NCBI GenBank assembly: GCA_040399745.1
Contig: JBBARP010000001.1
Location: forward strand, 234,617-298,616
Length of the DNA: 64,000 nucleotides
Reading direction: 5' to 3'
From: Bdellovibrionia bacterium
GTDB lineage: Bacteria; Bdellovibrionota; UBA1018
Positions within the stretch are counted from its first letter, which is position 1, and each line of letters starts with the position of its first letter. The translations under genes were made by a program, and so were the position numbers. The notes under the pieces were generated by a model. The model ran no database searches. It was not told where the DNA came from and saw only the letters and a program-made list of their open reading frames with translations. Positions 37,825 through 47,360 of the stretch are shown one piece after another.

Positions 37825-40476
37825 ATGAGCCTTCGGCTTCGATACGCCTGGATGCTTTCGGCCGTGCTGCTGGGTTCAGTCCTGCCGGCTGCGGAGCTTC
37901 GTGCGGCGGAAACCAAAGCGAGTGCGGCGCTACTGGAAGTAGACCGCGTGGAGTTACTCGGAGTCACAGCGCTAGAGGGCCAGGATGTTGAGTCCGCACT
38001 CGAAATCATCGCCGGGGATTCGCTCGAGCGAAGCAAAGTGGTGCGCTCGTTAGAAAACCTCCAAGCCTTGTATCGTGCACGTGGTTTTGAACAGGTTCGG
38101 GTCAAGAGCGAACTGGTTCGCGAACGGGACGAAGACGGGCGTCTCGAGAACGTGGTTCGAATTCGAGTGGAAGAGGGGCAGCCTACCCGGATCGCCTCGA
38201 TTCGAATCGAGCTTCCCCCGCAGGAGACCGGAAAGCGCGCGAAGTCCATTCGGGACCTGGCGCTGAGCTTGGGGATTCGATCGGGCGATTTGCTGGATCA
38301 GGAAAAATTGGCCGAGGCTCGACGACTCGTTCAGGAGCGCTTGGGTGCCGAGGAATTCATTGGTGGACGTGCGGAAGAGAAGACTCTCGCTGTGGACCGC
38401 GTCCCTGCCGAGCTTTCTCGCGAGTATCCGGCAGGTCGTTGGGTCGATCTGGTTCTTCAGGTTGAGCTGGGTGAAAAAGTTAGTTTTGGTTTTCGGGGTA
38501 ACCGCGTTTTCACCTCTGGGCAGTTGGGTGTCATGGTGGAAGAGCTTCGCAGCGTGGGCTTCGGAAAAGACTACGTCGGCGCGGTTCAGGCCAAGCTCGA
38601 GGATGAGTACCGAAAGTCGGGCTACGCTCGGGTGCGAGTTTCCTCGTTCGCTTTCGAAGGTGCCCAAGAGGGCGAACGAAGAATCAGTTACGTGATTGAA
38701 GAGGGGCCTCGTGTCGTGCTGGCGCGGGTCAACTTTGAAGGGAACTCCTTCTTCTCCGCGAAGCAGCTCAATGAAGAGTTCAAAGCAAGGGCGCCGGCAC
38801 TCACTTCAAATGGGTATTATTCAGAAGTAGAGATCGAGAAGACTTCCGAACTTCTGGTGGAGTGGATGCGGTCTCAGGGTTTTCTCTCTGCGAAAACCGT
38901 GACCATTCAACGCGCCTACAATTCGCGTGGCGATGAAGTGTCGCTGATGGTTTACCTGTTCGAGGGTCAGCAGACTGTGGTCGAGTCGATTGCCCTGGAG
39001 GGGGCTTCGGCAATCTCGCGTTCCGAAATCCTTTCTTTGTTGGCGCTTCAGGAAGGAAAGCCTCTCGATCTTTTTGCCTTCACAGAAGGTGTCGAAGTTC
39101 TGAAAGCTTTGTATCGGCGACGCGGCTACCTGGATGCTCGTATCAGAAATGAAGGTACGGAATCGGTCGTGCGCTATTCCGACGAGAACCGAGTAGCGCG
39201 AATTCGTCTCGAGCTCGACGAAGGCAAGCCCGCCGTTGTCTCCCGAATCGAAGTGGAAGGTCTGTCCAGCACACGCGAGAAAGTGGTGCTCCGAGAACTT
39301 CCCTTCAAAGTCGGCAGCGGAATGGATGAAGGCAAGATCCAGGAGGGCGAAAGCCGCCTCCGGAAGTTGGGCGTTTTCTCCAGCGCTGAAATCCTTGTTT
39401 CTCCCGACCCTCGTGGGGAAGGGCTGAAGCGGATCAGGGTGAGTGTCCAGGAGGGAACCCCAGGACTTCTCGCTGGAGGGATCGGATTCCGGAACGATCT
39501 AGGGGTGCGGGTCTTCGGGCAGACCGCTTACACTAATTTGCACGGTCGCAATCACACGGCGTCGCTTTCAGCGAACATGAACCGTCGATTCACTCCTAAT
39601 TTCTGTAGCAAAGGAATGGTCGACGGTCCGGACTGCTTCCTCGAGTACCAGGTCGAGCTGGGCTACGTTTGGCCTTGGTTTGCTTTTGGAGAGACGACGT
39701 TTCGGCCCAAGATTTCGCTCGAGCGAACCATCTTCCGTCTTCTGGATACCGACGCTGCTATTTTTTCGGCCACTTTGGCGCGTCCGCTCCTACGTTCGCC
39801 CCAGCTGACGGCAAGCTTGAGTTACAGCTTGGAGAGGATTCGTCAGTTTAATGCTCGTTCGTCTGAGGATAACGACAACCTGCGGATCGGCTCGGTCACG
39901 CCGAGTCTACGACTCGACCTTCGGGATAATCCCCTCGTTCCCACTCGCGGATTTTACGCCGAGACTTCCTATGAGTACGCAGCGACGAGCTTGGGATCTC
40001 AGGGCGCACCTTTGCCGATCGGCTACTCTCGAGCCCAGTTCAGGACGGATTGGCTGCTTCCGGTGCCTTTCGGAATCATCGCTTCATTTAGCTTTAGAAC
40101 CGGCTTGGAGCGAAACTTTGAAAATCAAATTCCTCTCTCCAAACAGTTCGCCCTGGGCGGCGTGACCAGTCTTCGCGGTTTCCGAGAGCAGGAGCTGAAC
40201 ATTCAATCGACGTCGGTCACCGGATTTGCATCCTACGTGAACTATCGAAGCGAATTGAGCTTCCCCTTCACGGGTGCGCTTCGGATTGTTCCTTTCCTCG
40301 ATGCGGCCAATTTGCTGGTCGACGATTATTCGCTCGGCAACCTTCGTTACGGCGCAGGGGCAGGACTTCATTACTTGAGCCCGGTGGGTCCGGTGAATTT
40401 CGACTGGGGCTTTAAGTTAAGGGCGTTGGCAGGCGAGGACGCCTATCGTTTCTACTTCTCGATTGGCGTGCTTTGA
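37825..40476 (+). CDS. Omp85 family (BamA/TamA-like) protein with multiple POTRA domains
   Basis: Repeated POTRA motifs (LYRARGF, IEEGPRV, VLREL), LRGF loop motif, LRYGAGAGLHYLSPVGPVNFDWG. Confidence 0.9.
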   Translation: MSLRLRYAWMLSAVLLGSVLPAAELRAAETKASAALLEVDRVELLGVTALEGQDVESALEIIAGDSLERSKVVRSLENLQALYRARGFEQVRVKSELVRERDEDGRLENVVRIRVEEGQPTRIASIRIELPPQETGKRAKSIRDLALSLGIRSGDLLDQEKLAEARRLVQERLGAEEFIGGRAEEKTLAVDRVPAELSREYPAGRWVDLVLQVELGEKVSFGFRGNRVFTSGQLGVMVEELRSVGFGKDYVGAVQAKLEDEYRKSGYARVRVSSFAFEGAQEGERRISYVIEEGPRVVLARVNFEGNSFFSAKQLNEEFKARAPALTSNGYYSEVEIEKTSELLVEWMRSQGFLSAKTVTIQRAYNSRGDEVSLMVYLFEGQQTVVESIALEGASAISRSEILSLLALQEGKPLDLFAFTEGVEVLKALYRRRGYLDARIRNEGTESVVRYSDENRVARIRLELDEGKPAVVSRIEVEGLSSTREKVVLRELPFKVGSGMDEGKIQEGESRLRKLGVFSSAEILVSPDPRGEGLKRIRVSVQEGTPGLLAGGIGFRNDLGVRVFGQTAYTNLHGRNHTASLSANMNRRFTPNFCSKGMVDGPDCFLEYQVELGYVWPWFAFGETTFRPKISLERTIFRLLDTDAAIFSATLARPLLRSPQLTASLSYSLERIRQFNARSSEDNDNLRIGSVTPSLRLDLRDNPLVPTRGFYAETSYEYAATSLGSQGAPLPIGYSRAQFRTDWLLPVPFGIIASFSFRTGLERNFENQIPLSKQFALGGVTSLRGFREQELNIQSTSVTGFASYVNYRSELSFPFTGALRIVPFLDAANLLVDDYSLGNLRYGAGAGLHYLSPVGPVNFDWGFKLRALAGEDAYRFYFSIGVL

Positions 40477-40482
40477 GAGCCC

Positions 40483-41475
40483 CTATTTCCCGGGTTCGTA
40501 TTTGACCAGCGTCGCGACGATCGTTCCGATTTTCAGTTTTGCTTCGAGGCGCAAAGGAATCCGAGTTTCGTCGAGCGAGATCCAGAGGAAGTTATCGTCC
40601 GGCTTTTTGAGCTGGCCGTTGATGCGCGCTCCGAGACGAAGTTTCAGAGCTTGTTTGTCTCCGAGACGAGAAGAGAGCTTTTCGGTTCCCTCGACTTTGA
40701 TGATCGATTGGAAGTGCTTTCCCTCTTGGGCGACTTCAAACTCAACCTGTTCGTTCAGCCGCAAGGGGATGGCGCGCAGGTAGTAGAGCGAGGACACGCT
40801 GTCTTGAGCAAAGCGTGGCATCGGGAAATAGCCCTCGTGCCGTTTTGGGGTGTTGTCCCGGGGGGCCCAGAAATTTCGGTAAAACATTCGCCCTTGCTCA
40901 TGGTCATAAAGTTCCAAGGTCTGGCGAGTCTGCTTGCTTTCGTCCAAGCTCATCTGAAAGCGGTGCGAGAAAAGGCCCGTTTGATCGAAGAAAGTATCGA
41001 TCCGGTCGTTCATCCGGTAAACGAGCTTAAAAAGTGGGTGACTCTCGACGGTGATCGCCGAGTGATAGACGGCGCGGCCGTTGATGGTCTGCGGGGGCTG
41101 AACGGTCATCGTGAAGTAAGCCGCAGGCACCCCGAAGTACGTAATTTCATAGACCGCTTTTTCGCCGGTCTTGAACTGCGTTTGGAGGTCTTTTCGGAGA
41201 TCGGGGTACTGCATGGCCGGCGCGGCAGGAGTGGAAGCGGCCTTCTTTTTTTGGATTCCTTTTTTCTCGCTCGGAAGGCTAGCCGGGGCGGTAGAGGCGC
41301 TTGCGGGCACGGCGGGAATCGCAGCGGCGGCTTGGAGTTCGAAGCGATCAGCCATCTCTTTGGGAAGCGTGAGGAGTTCTTCGGTCGGAGGGGTCACGCG
41401 GCCGCCGCTGGCGCAGCCCAAAGGAAACCCAGCAAGCAAGAGAAGCACAAGAGTTCGGTAGGCTGGCGACAGCAT
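40483..41475 (-). CDS. DUF3108 family lipoprotein
   Basis: Lipobox-like PLGC, GEKAVYEITYFG, QDSVSSLYYLR, WISLDETRIPLRLEAKLKIG. Confidence 0.75.
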   Translation of the reverse strand: MLSPAYRTLVLLLLAGFPLGCASGGRVTPPTEELLTLPKEMADRFELQAAAAIPAVPASASTAPASLPSEKKGIQKKKAASTPAAPAMQYPDLRKDLQTQFKTGEKAVYEITYFGVPAAYFTMTVQPPQTINGRAVYHSAITVESHPLFKLVYRMNDRIDTFFDQTGLFSHRFQMSLDESKQTRQTLELYDHEQGRMFYRNFWAPRDNTPKRHEGYFPMPRFAQDSVSSLYYLRAIPLRLNEQVEFEVAQEGKHFQSIIKVEGTEKLSSRLGDKQALKLRLGARINGQLKKPDDNFLWISLDETRIPLRLEAKLKIGTIVATLVKYEPGK

Positions 41476-41517
41476 GGCATCAGCCTAGCGGAAGCATCCT
41501 AAACCTGTCGATAGTGT

Positions 41518-42972
41518 GTGGAATCCAAGTTGATCTTTAGCTTGGGCGCCGCGACGATGGAGGGGATGGGGAAGCGGATTCACCGAAGAAAAGAGACGAG
41601 CATGATGATGCTCTGCGTCGCTCTTCTTTTGAGTTCTGCCTGTTCTCGTCCCGATTGGAATTCTGAGCTTCCGGATGCGACCACTTTGGGAAATCCGCAG
41701 GGGTACCGAATCGCTCGAAGCATTCTTCATCTGCACTCTCCTTACTCGCATGATGCGTGCGACAAGAAGGGCTGGGTGGACGGACAGATCGATCAGGACT
41801 GTCTCTCCGATCTTCGGCGAGCCCTGTGTTTGAACCGAATCGATGCTGCGTTCTTGAGTGATCACCCGGAACACATGGCAGAGAGTTCATTTCAGGATCT
41901 TCTTTTGAATCGGGACGGAGATTCCTGGGAGCTGCGTTCTGGAATTCCGCGCTCGAACCGAGTTGCGGGTTGCTCGAATGGACATCAGCCGCTGGTGTCG
42001 GCGGGCTTCGAAGGGCGAGTGATGGCTTTGGGCATGGACAATCATGCATTGGGCTCGGTGGCTGATCGAGAGGCTCTTTACGGAAGTGAGGACTCGGCCT
42101 CGAATGACCGCGTCCGCTCAGAGACCGGCGCCTTGGTCATGATTCCTCACACCGAGAGTCGATCGGCTGCTTTGCTTCAGGCGCTCCGGCCGGACGGAAT
42201 TGAGATTTACAACTTTCACGCAAATCTGGATCCGAAGATTCGAAAGGCCAGTCTCGGCTTTCCTCAGTTTGATTCGGTCCTCGATATTTTGCCTTATTGG
42301 GTCGATCCCTATGGGGATGAAGAGCCTGATTTGGCCTTCTTGTCGTTCTTTCAAATCAGTCCTATTTACGCAGAGAAGTGGGACGGGATGATTCAGGCGG
42401 GTTTGAAACCGACTGGCTTTGCTGGAAACGATTCCCATCAAAACACTTTGCCGTATCGAGCCTCCGACGGTGAGCGCCTGGATTCTCATCGGCGGTTGCT
42501 TCGCTGGTTCACGAACCATTTGATGGTGACGGACCTACGGCTGGATTCACTTCGCGACGCCCTTCTTCAGGGACGGGCGTGGATGGTGGCGGAAGGTCTA
42601 GGCACGCCGGTGGGAGTGAATTTCCGTGCGGAGAGCTCTGGAACTGAATTTCCCGTCGGTTCGACTCTGACGTTCGTTCCGGGCGCGACCCGAATTTTGT
42701 CGGCCTTACCCACTTTGCATCCTAGTTCTCCCCAGAAGGGATCTTCGCCCATCCTCACGCAGCGCCTTTACTGGACCTCGAGCAGTGCATCCTCGCAATT
42801 GGTGGCCACTGCCGTTGATCAGGATCTGGAGTTTTACCCAACCGAGCGGGGGGCCTATCGGTTGGAAATCTCGACGGTGCCTCGCCACTTGAAACCGTGG
42901 GTTCGAACCGACCGGGACCGCTTGAAGCAGGAATATCCCTGGATCGTGACCAATCCGGTGTATTTGGAGTGA
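41518..42972 (+). CDS. PHP-fold (CehA/McbA-like) metallohydrolase, probable lipoprotein
   Basis: HLHSPYSHD, LSDH, IPH, GNDSH metal motifs; LSSAC lipobox; terminal TNPVY. Start uncertain. Confidence 0.7.
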   Translation: MESKLIFSLGAATMEGMGKRIHRRKETSMMMLCVALLLSSACSRPDWNSELPDATTLGNPQGYRIARSILHLHSPYSHDACDKKGWVDGQIDQDCLSDLRRALCLNRIDAAFLSDHPEHMAESSFQDLLLNRDGDSWELRSGIPRSNRVAGCSNGHQPLVSAGFEGRVMALGMDNHALGSVADREALYGSEDSASNDRVRSETGALVMIPHTESRSAALLQALRPDGIEIYNFHANLDPKIRKASLGFPQFDSVLDILPYWVDPYGDEEPDLAFLSFFQISPIYAEKWDGMIQAGLKPTGFAGNDSHQNTLPYRASDGERLDSHRRLLRWFTNHLMVTDLRLDSLRDALLQGRAWMVAEGLGTPVGVNFRAESSGTEFPVGSTLTFVPGATRILSALPTLHPSSPQKGSSPILTQRLYWTSSSASSQLVATAVDQDLEFYPTERGAYRLEISTVPRHLKPWVRTDRDRLKQEYPWIVTNPVYLE

Positions 42973-42982
42973 TCGGAGACCC

Positions 42983-44107
42983 ATGGCGACCCACTTGAAC
43001 CTCGGACTGCGCCGTTTAGATCGCTACGTTTTGGGCGAAGTGCTTCGCCCCTGGCTTGGGCTTTGTCTTTTCTTCTACTTCACGCTGCTTTTGTTTCAGG
43101 CGCTTCGTCTTTCTGACTTCCTGATCGTCCATCACGCACCGCCGTTAGTGGTGCTTCAGATTGTCGGGCTGATGCTGATTTCGTTTACTCCGGTGGTCGT
43201 GCCGCTCGCTTTTTTTGGCGCCGTGATGATGGGGTTTGGTCGCCTCTCTTCCGAGAGCGAACTCGTTGCGATGAAGGCCTCGGGCATCAGCATGAAGCGG
43301 ATGGCCCGGCCCGTGGCTTGGGCTGCTGTTCCGATCACTCTCTTTGCTGTGGTGATGTCATTGAAGGTGGTGCCTTGGAGTGACCTGAATATGACCCGCA
43401 AGCTTTTCATGGCGGGCAACATCCAAGCGGTTCACGCGATTCAGCCACGCACCTTCAACGCCGAATTTTTCGGACTCATGATTTACGCCGACGACGTGGA
43501 CCTGGAGTCGGGAGTTCTTCGAAACGTGTTCATTCACGACGAGCGGGATCAGAAGAATCCGATGGTCGTGGTGGCGCCTCTCGGGCTGCTCTCAGAAAGT
43601 CGTGCCAAAGATGGGCTTTCTCGGAAGACGCTCCTCGAGCTGAAAAACGGCAGCATGCACCGTCAACAGCGGGGCAATGAGCCGTTTGACCAGATGTCTT
43701 TTGAGACCTACCGCTTGTTTCTGCAGAGTGAAGCAGGGCGCAGCCCCGAACCCAACAATACGCGGATCCTTCAGGTGGAGCAGCTCTGGCAGAGAATTCA
43801 ACGGGCGCCACCGGGTGATCGTTGGGGACGAGAAGCTTCGGTCGAACTCTGCAAGCGGCTGGCTCTGGCCACGACTCCGCTGATCTTCGTTTTCTTGGGT
43901 GCGGGGCTGGGTTGTGTCCGAGGCCGCACGGTTGCAAGCCGTTCCACGCTGCTGACTTTCCTGGTCGCGGTGCTTTACTGGCAAGCTTTGGTGCTGTCGG
44001 TGGCTTGGGCGAATTCAGTCAGCTTGCCCCCTCCGCTCATCTTGATGCTGCCGAACCTCGGCTTGGCTGGGCTCGCGATCTGGAGCTTCCGGAGGGCTTC
44101 GTGGTGA
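42983..44107 (+). CDS. lptF: LptF/LptG family LPS export permease
   Basis: LDRYV, GRLSSESELVAMKASGIS, periplasmic jellyroll region, three C-terminal TMs with LPNL. Confidence 0.85.
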   Translation: MATHLNLGLRRLDRYVLGEVLRPWLGLCLFFYFTLLLFQALRLSDFLIVHHAPPLVVLQIVGLMLISFTPVVVPLAFFGAVMMGFGRLSSESELVAMKASGISMKRMARPVAWAAVPITLFAVVMSLKVVPWSDLNMTRKLFMAGNIQAVHAIQPRTFNAEFFGLMIYADDVDLESGVLRNVFIHDERDQKNPMVVVAPLGLLSESRAKDGLSRKTLLELKNGSMHRQQRGNEPFDQMSFETYRLFLQSEAGRSPEPNNTRILQVEQLWQRIQRAPPGDRWGREASVELCKRLALATTPLIFVFLGAGLGCVRGRTVASRSTLLTFLVAVLYWQALVLSVAWANSVSLPPPLILMLPNLGLAGLAIWSFRRASW

Positions 44108-44703
44108 GCAGACTCTGCGGAGCCTGGCTTCTGGCTCTTCTGGTTTGTGCTTCTGCTCAAGCGGACGACGTATCCAGTATTGCCGAAACTTCGCCCGCAG
44201 AGTCCTCTTCATCGGTTCACTTGGAGCCGCTCTTGGCCGTAGGCCTTCCTCAACCGTTGTCGGTGGGGCTTCGCTTTCGAAGGTCGCCTGAATGGGACTG
44301 GGAAACTGAAGGGGGTATTTTTTCGACGGATCTTTCGGATCGAACCCTCGCCGTATCCCACGTGCGCGTGGGCGGACGTTGGCACCCTTGGGCTTCGGGG
44401 CTCACGCTGGGCGCGCGTTTGGGCTATCAAAGCTACGAGATCTCGGGCGTGCTCCCCATCACTGAAACACAGGGCAGTATCCGCCTGACCAGTTGGTATG
44501 TGGCACCGACTCTCGGGTTCGAGTGGCGGTTAGGAAAGTCGCTGACCTTGGGGACGGACCTGGGGTGGCAGGTCTCGATCCATTCGGTCGGTTCCCTTTA
44601 TGACGACGGAGTGCGGAACACGCGCGATAGCCTGAGACGGATCGCAGGGCTTTCTATTCCTTCAATCAGTGTGCTTCGCTTGGGTTGGATCATCGATCTT
44701 TGA
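44104..44703 (+). CDS. Small outer-membrane beta-barrel-like secreted protein
   Basis: GTG overlaps the lptF stop; signal peptide ending AQA; alternating amphipathic strands ('GGRWHPW', 'LGFEW', 'RLGW'). Confidence 0.6.
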   Translation: MSRLCGAWLLALLVCASAQADDVSSIAETSPAESSSSVHLEPLLAVGLPQPLSVGLRFRRSPEWDWETEGGIFSTDLSDRTLAVSHVRVGGRWHPWASGLTLGARLGYQSYEISGVLPITETQGSIRLTSWYVAPTLGFEWRLGKSLTLGTDLGWQVSIHSVGSLYDDGVRNTRDSLRRIAGLSIPSISVLRLGWIIDL

Positions 44704-44724
44704 GACGCAGACGGCCTGGAGCCC

Positions 44725-45684
44725 TCAGCGCACTTCGCTCATGAGCGAGAGAAACTCAAACATCAGCGCTGCACCGAGGAGTGCCGTCAGATCGGACTGA
44801 TCGTAGGGCGGCGAAATTTCCACCACGTCCGCGCCCACGATGTGCAAGCCCTTCAAGCGGCGAACAAAGCCCAGAGCTTCACGAGACGTCATTCCACCGA
44901 CGACCGGAGTTCCGGTGCCTGGAGCAAACGCGGGATCGATGCCGTCCACGTCAAACGTGATGAAGCAGGGCTTTCCTTTTCCGGTAGCGTGAATCGCGGC
45001 AAAAAACGCGTCGGCTTGCTTGGAGTCTTGAAGCTGATCGATGTCGAGGACGCGAATTCCGTGAGCGGCTGCGAAGTCATCCGGAGCTGCTGAAGTGAGT
45101 GGGCCGCGAATTCCGATTTGGAAAAGGGAATCCTTCGCGATCAGTCCTTCTTCAAGTGCGCGCCGAAAGATGGTGCCGTGATGGTACTTCTCGCCCCAAG
45201 CTTGATCGCCCGTGTCGGTGTGCGCATCGAAATGAATCACGGTGAGTGCGCCGTACTTTTTGTGAGCAGCGCGTAGCTCGGCTAAGACCACCGAGTGATC
45301 TCCACCGATGCAAACGGTGCGAGCGCCTTCATTCTGAAGTTCGGTGACGCGTGCTTCGATGGCCTGAAATGTCTTCTGAATCTGAATGGGATTCACTGCC
45401 ACGTCGCCGGCATCCACGACATTCAGCTTCTCGAACACCGATGAGCCGGTGTGAGGGTTATAATTTCGGTTCAAAACAGAAGCGTCGCGAACCGCTCTGG
45501 GAGCGAATCTCGCCCCGGGACGAAAGCTCGTTCCGCCGTCATAGGGGATGCCCAAAATGGCGACATCCACGTTCTTTCCTTTGATATCAGGCAGATAGGG
45601 GAGTCGATTGAAGGTCGCCAGGCCTCCGAAGCGGGGGTTTTCAAGAGGGTTCAAGGGACGGGTCCACTTAGGGGTGTCGTTCAT
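44725..45684 (-). CDS. speB: Agmatinase (ureohydrolase family)
   Basis: GIPYDGGTSFRPGARFAP, GGDHS, DAHTD, HHGT, DVDGIDPAFAPGTGTP. True start is MNDTPK at 45684. Confidence 0.9.
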   Translation of the reverse strand: MNDTPKWTRPLNPLENPRFGGLATFNRLPYLPDIKGKNVDVAILGIPYDGGTSFRPGARFAPRAVRDASVLNRNYNPHTGSSVFEKLNVVDAGDVAVNPIQIQKTFQAIEARVTELQNEGARTVCIGGDHSVVLAELRAAHKKYGALTVIHFDAHTDTGDQAWGEKYHHGTIFRRALEEGLIAKDSLFQIGIRGPLTSAAPDDFAAAHGIRVLDIDQLQDSKQADAFFAAIHATGKGKPCFITFDVDGIDPAFAPGTGTPVVGGMTSREALGFVRRLKGLHIVGADVVEISPPYDQSDLTALLGAALMFEFLSLMSEVR

Positions 45685-45693
45685 GTGGTTAAA

Positions 45694-45741
45694 ATCATAG
45701 GGTAAAAACAGTTTGACTTCAATGAGGTGCTCCTGTAATCC
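45694..45741. promoter_or_regulatory. Overlapping divergent sigma70 promoters for speB (-) and rplM (+)
   Basis: Minus: TTGAAG(45722-45717)-N17-TATGAT(45699-45694). Plus: TTGACT(45713-45718)-N17-TAATCC(45736-45741). Confidence 0.6.
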
Positions 45742-45750
45742 CGAGCGCCT

Positions 45751-46254
45751 ATGTTGCAGCAAAAGTCTTACCAAGCGAAGCAAGTTGGCCCTCATTACTT
45801 CGAGCCGAAAGGTCCGAACGCCCCCAAGTGGTACGTGGTGGATGCGAAAGACCAAGTGGTGGGTCGCATTGCTTCGATGATCGCGAAGGTGGTGATCGGC
45901 AAACACAAGCCGACCTACACCCGTCACGCCGATGCCGGCGATTTCGTGGTCGTCCTGAATGCCGATAAAGTAGTTTTCACCCGCACCAAGTGGGAAAAGA
46001 AACTCTACTACCGTCACACCGATTACGTGGGCGGCCTCAAGATCACGACCGCGAAAGAAATGCGCGATCGGAACCCCGAGGAAATCATCCGTTTGGCCGT
46101 CTGGGGCATGACGAACAAGTCGAACCTGGCCCGTCACCAGATGAAGAAATTGAAAATCTACACCACCGGCGAGCATCCGCACGTCGCTCAGAACCCCCAG
46201 CAGCTTCCGAAAGCCGCGACCTATCGGTCGGTGCTCGAGAAGAAAAGCAGCTGA
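45751..46254 (+). CDS. rplM: 50S ribosomal protein L13
   Basis: WYVVDA, GKHKPTYT, GDFVVVLNA, YYRHT..GGLK, HPHVAQNP. Confidence 0.96.
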   Translation: MLQQKSYQAKQVGPHYFEPKGPNAPKWYVVDAKDQVVGRIASMIAKVVIGKHKPTYTRHADAGDFVVVLNADKVVFTRTKWEKKLYYRHTDYVGGLKITTAKEMRDRNPEEIIRLAVWGMTNKSNLARHQMKKLKIYTTGEHPHVAQNPQQLPKAATYRSVLEKKSS

Positions 46255-46283
46255 TTCGGCATTAGATCAGGAGAAATCAGTTC

Positions 46284-46682
46284 ATGGAAAAGCAGCAACA
46301 CAGGGTCGGTAAGCGTAAGAACGCCGTGGCCCGCGTTTACATCCGCCAACGTGCCACCGATGAAGGCAATATCCGCGTCAACGATCGTTCGTTCGAGGAT
46401 TACTTTCCTCGTCCGACGTCCCGCATGCTCATCATGCAACCCCTCGAGCTCACCTCGACCGTGGGTCGCTTTGACATCGTGATCAACGTCCGCGGCGGCG
46501 GCCTCTCCGGCCAAGCCGGTGCAGTTCGTCACGGCATTTCGCGCGCTTTGCTTCAAGTCGATCCGGCTTTCCGCCCGATCCTGAAAGCAGCCGGGTTCCT
46601 GACCCGCGACGCCCGCGAAGTCGAGCGTAAGAAATACGGCCTGGCCGGCGCACGCCGCCGCTACCAATACTCGAAGCGTTAA
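46284..46682 (+). CDS. rpsI: 30S ribosomal protein S9
   Basis: [61 protein letters not shown]. Confidence 0.97.
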   Translation: MEKQQHRVGKRKNAVARVYIRQRATDEGNIRVNDRSFEDYFPRPTSRMLIMQPLELTSTVGRFDIVINVRGGGLSGQAGAVRHGISRALLQVDPAFRPILKAAGFLTRDAREVERKKYGLAGARRRYQYSKR

Positions 46683-46715
46683 TCGCCTCGAGGCTGGGAA
46701 AGCCAAAATCAAGAA

Positions 46716-46749
46716 GGGCTGGATCCGCTGGATCCGGCCCTTTTTTTTT
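46716..46749 (+). terminator. Intrinsic terminator of rplM-rpsI
   Basis: Stem GGGCTGGATCC / GGATCCGGCCC followed by T9. Confidence 0.88.
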
Positions 46750-46787
46750 CGCCTTTTTGGGGTGGAACTCCCGTGGGGCGCGGACCT

Positions 46788-47360
46788 CTACGCCGCTTTG
46801 GGGGCGAGGGTGAGGGCGACCGGGCTCCAAGGGTGAAGCTCAAGCGCAAGTAACAAGCATTCCACCGTGCGGGCGTACTCGTGGGCAGCTTGAATGCGGG
46901 AGGAGCGCACCAAGTCGGGAAGGGGGGGGCTTCCTTGGGCGCGAAGTTCGGTCAGATGGCGCTGGGCTCGCTGGAAATAAGGCTCGAGATCCGGGGTCAG
47001 CCTTTCGGCCAGACAGTGCAAGTGCTGAAGCGTGTCGTCCAGGGCTTCGGCCAGGTCGGTCGCGGCTTGCCCGCCTTCCAGGCTGGGCAGGGTTTCGTTG
47101 CGCGGGATCCAGTAATGAAGCCGCGCTTCGTGGCAGAGTGCGCGGCCCAGGTGTTTGCATGCACGCGCTAAACGCTCGGAGTAGAGCAATTTTCCCGAGC
47201 ACCAGGCGTCAAAGGCCTGTCGATAAAGCGCCCTGACTTCGCCTGGGTCCACCTCGGGAATCGGCCCGCGGTCCCAAACGTGCGTCACTTCGCATTCGAC
47301 CGTCTGATGGAAGGCCTTCCTGAGCTCGTTTTCCGCGTTTTCTGGACCGTGGCTGAACAT
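46788..47360 (-). CDS. Hypothetical helical protein
   Basis: ORF fills the gap between the rpsI terminator and the next gene; start at ATG 47360 or 47411. Confidence 0.55.
   Translation of the reverse strand: MFSHGPENAENELRKAFHQTVECEVTHVWDRGPIPEVDPGEVRALYRQAFDAWCSGKLLYSERLARACKHLGRALCHEARLHYWIPRNETLPSLEGGQAATDLAEALDDTLQHLHCLAERLTPDLEPYFQRAQRHLTELRAQGSPPLPDLVRSSRIQAAHEYARTVECLLLALELHPWSPVALTLAPKAA

Noticed and set aside
43822..44103. Apparent N-terminal extension of the small barrel gene
   Set aside because: Lies within lptF; the signal peptide starts at GTG 44104.
45685..46182. Apparent 166-aa N-terminal extension of agmatinase overlapping rplM
   Set aside because: It is the antisense of rplM; homology and a promoter support the start at 45684.
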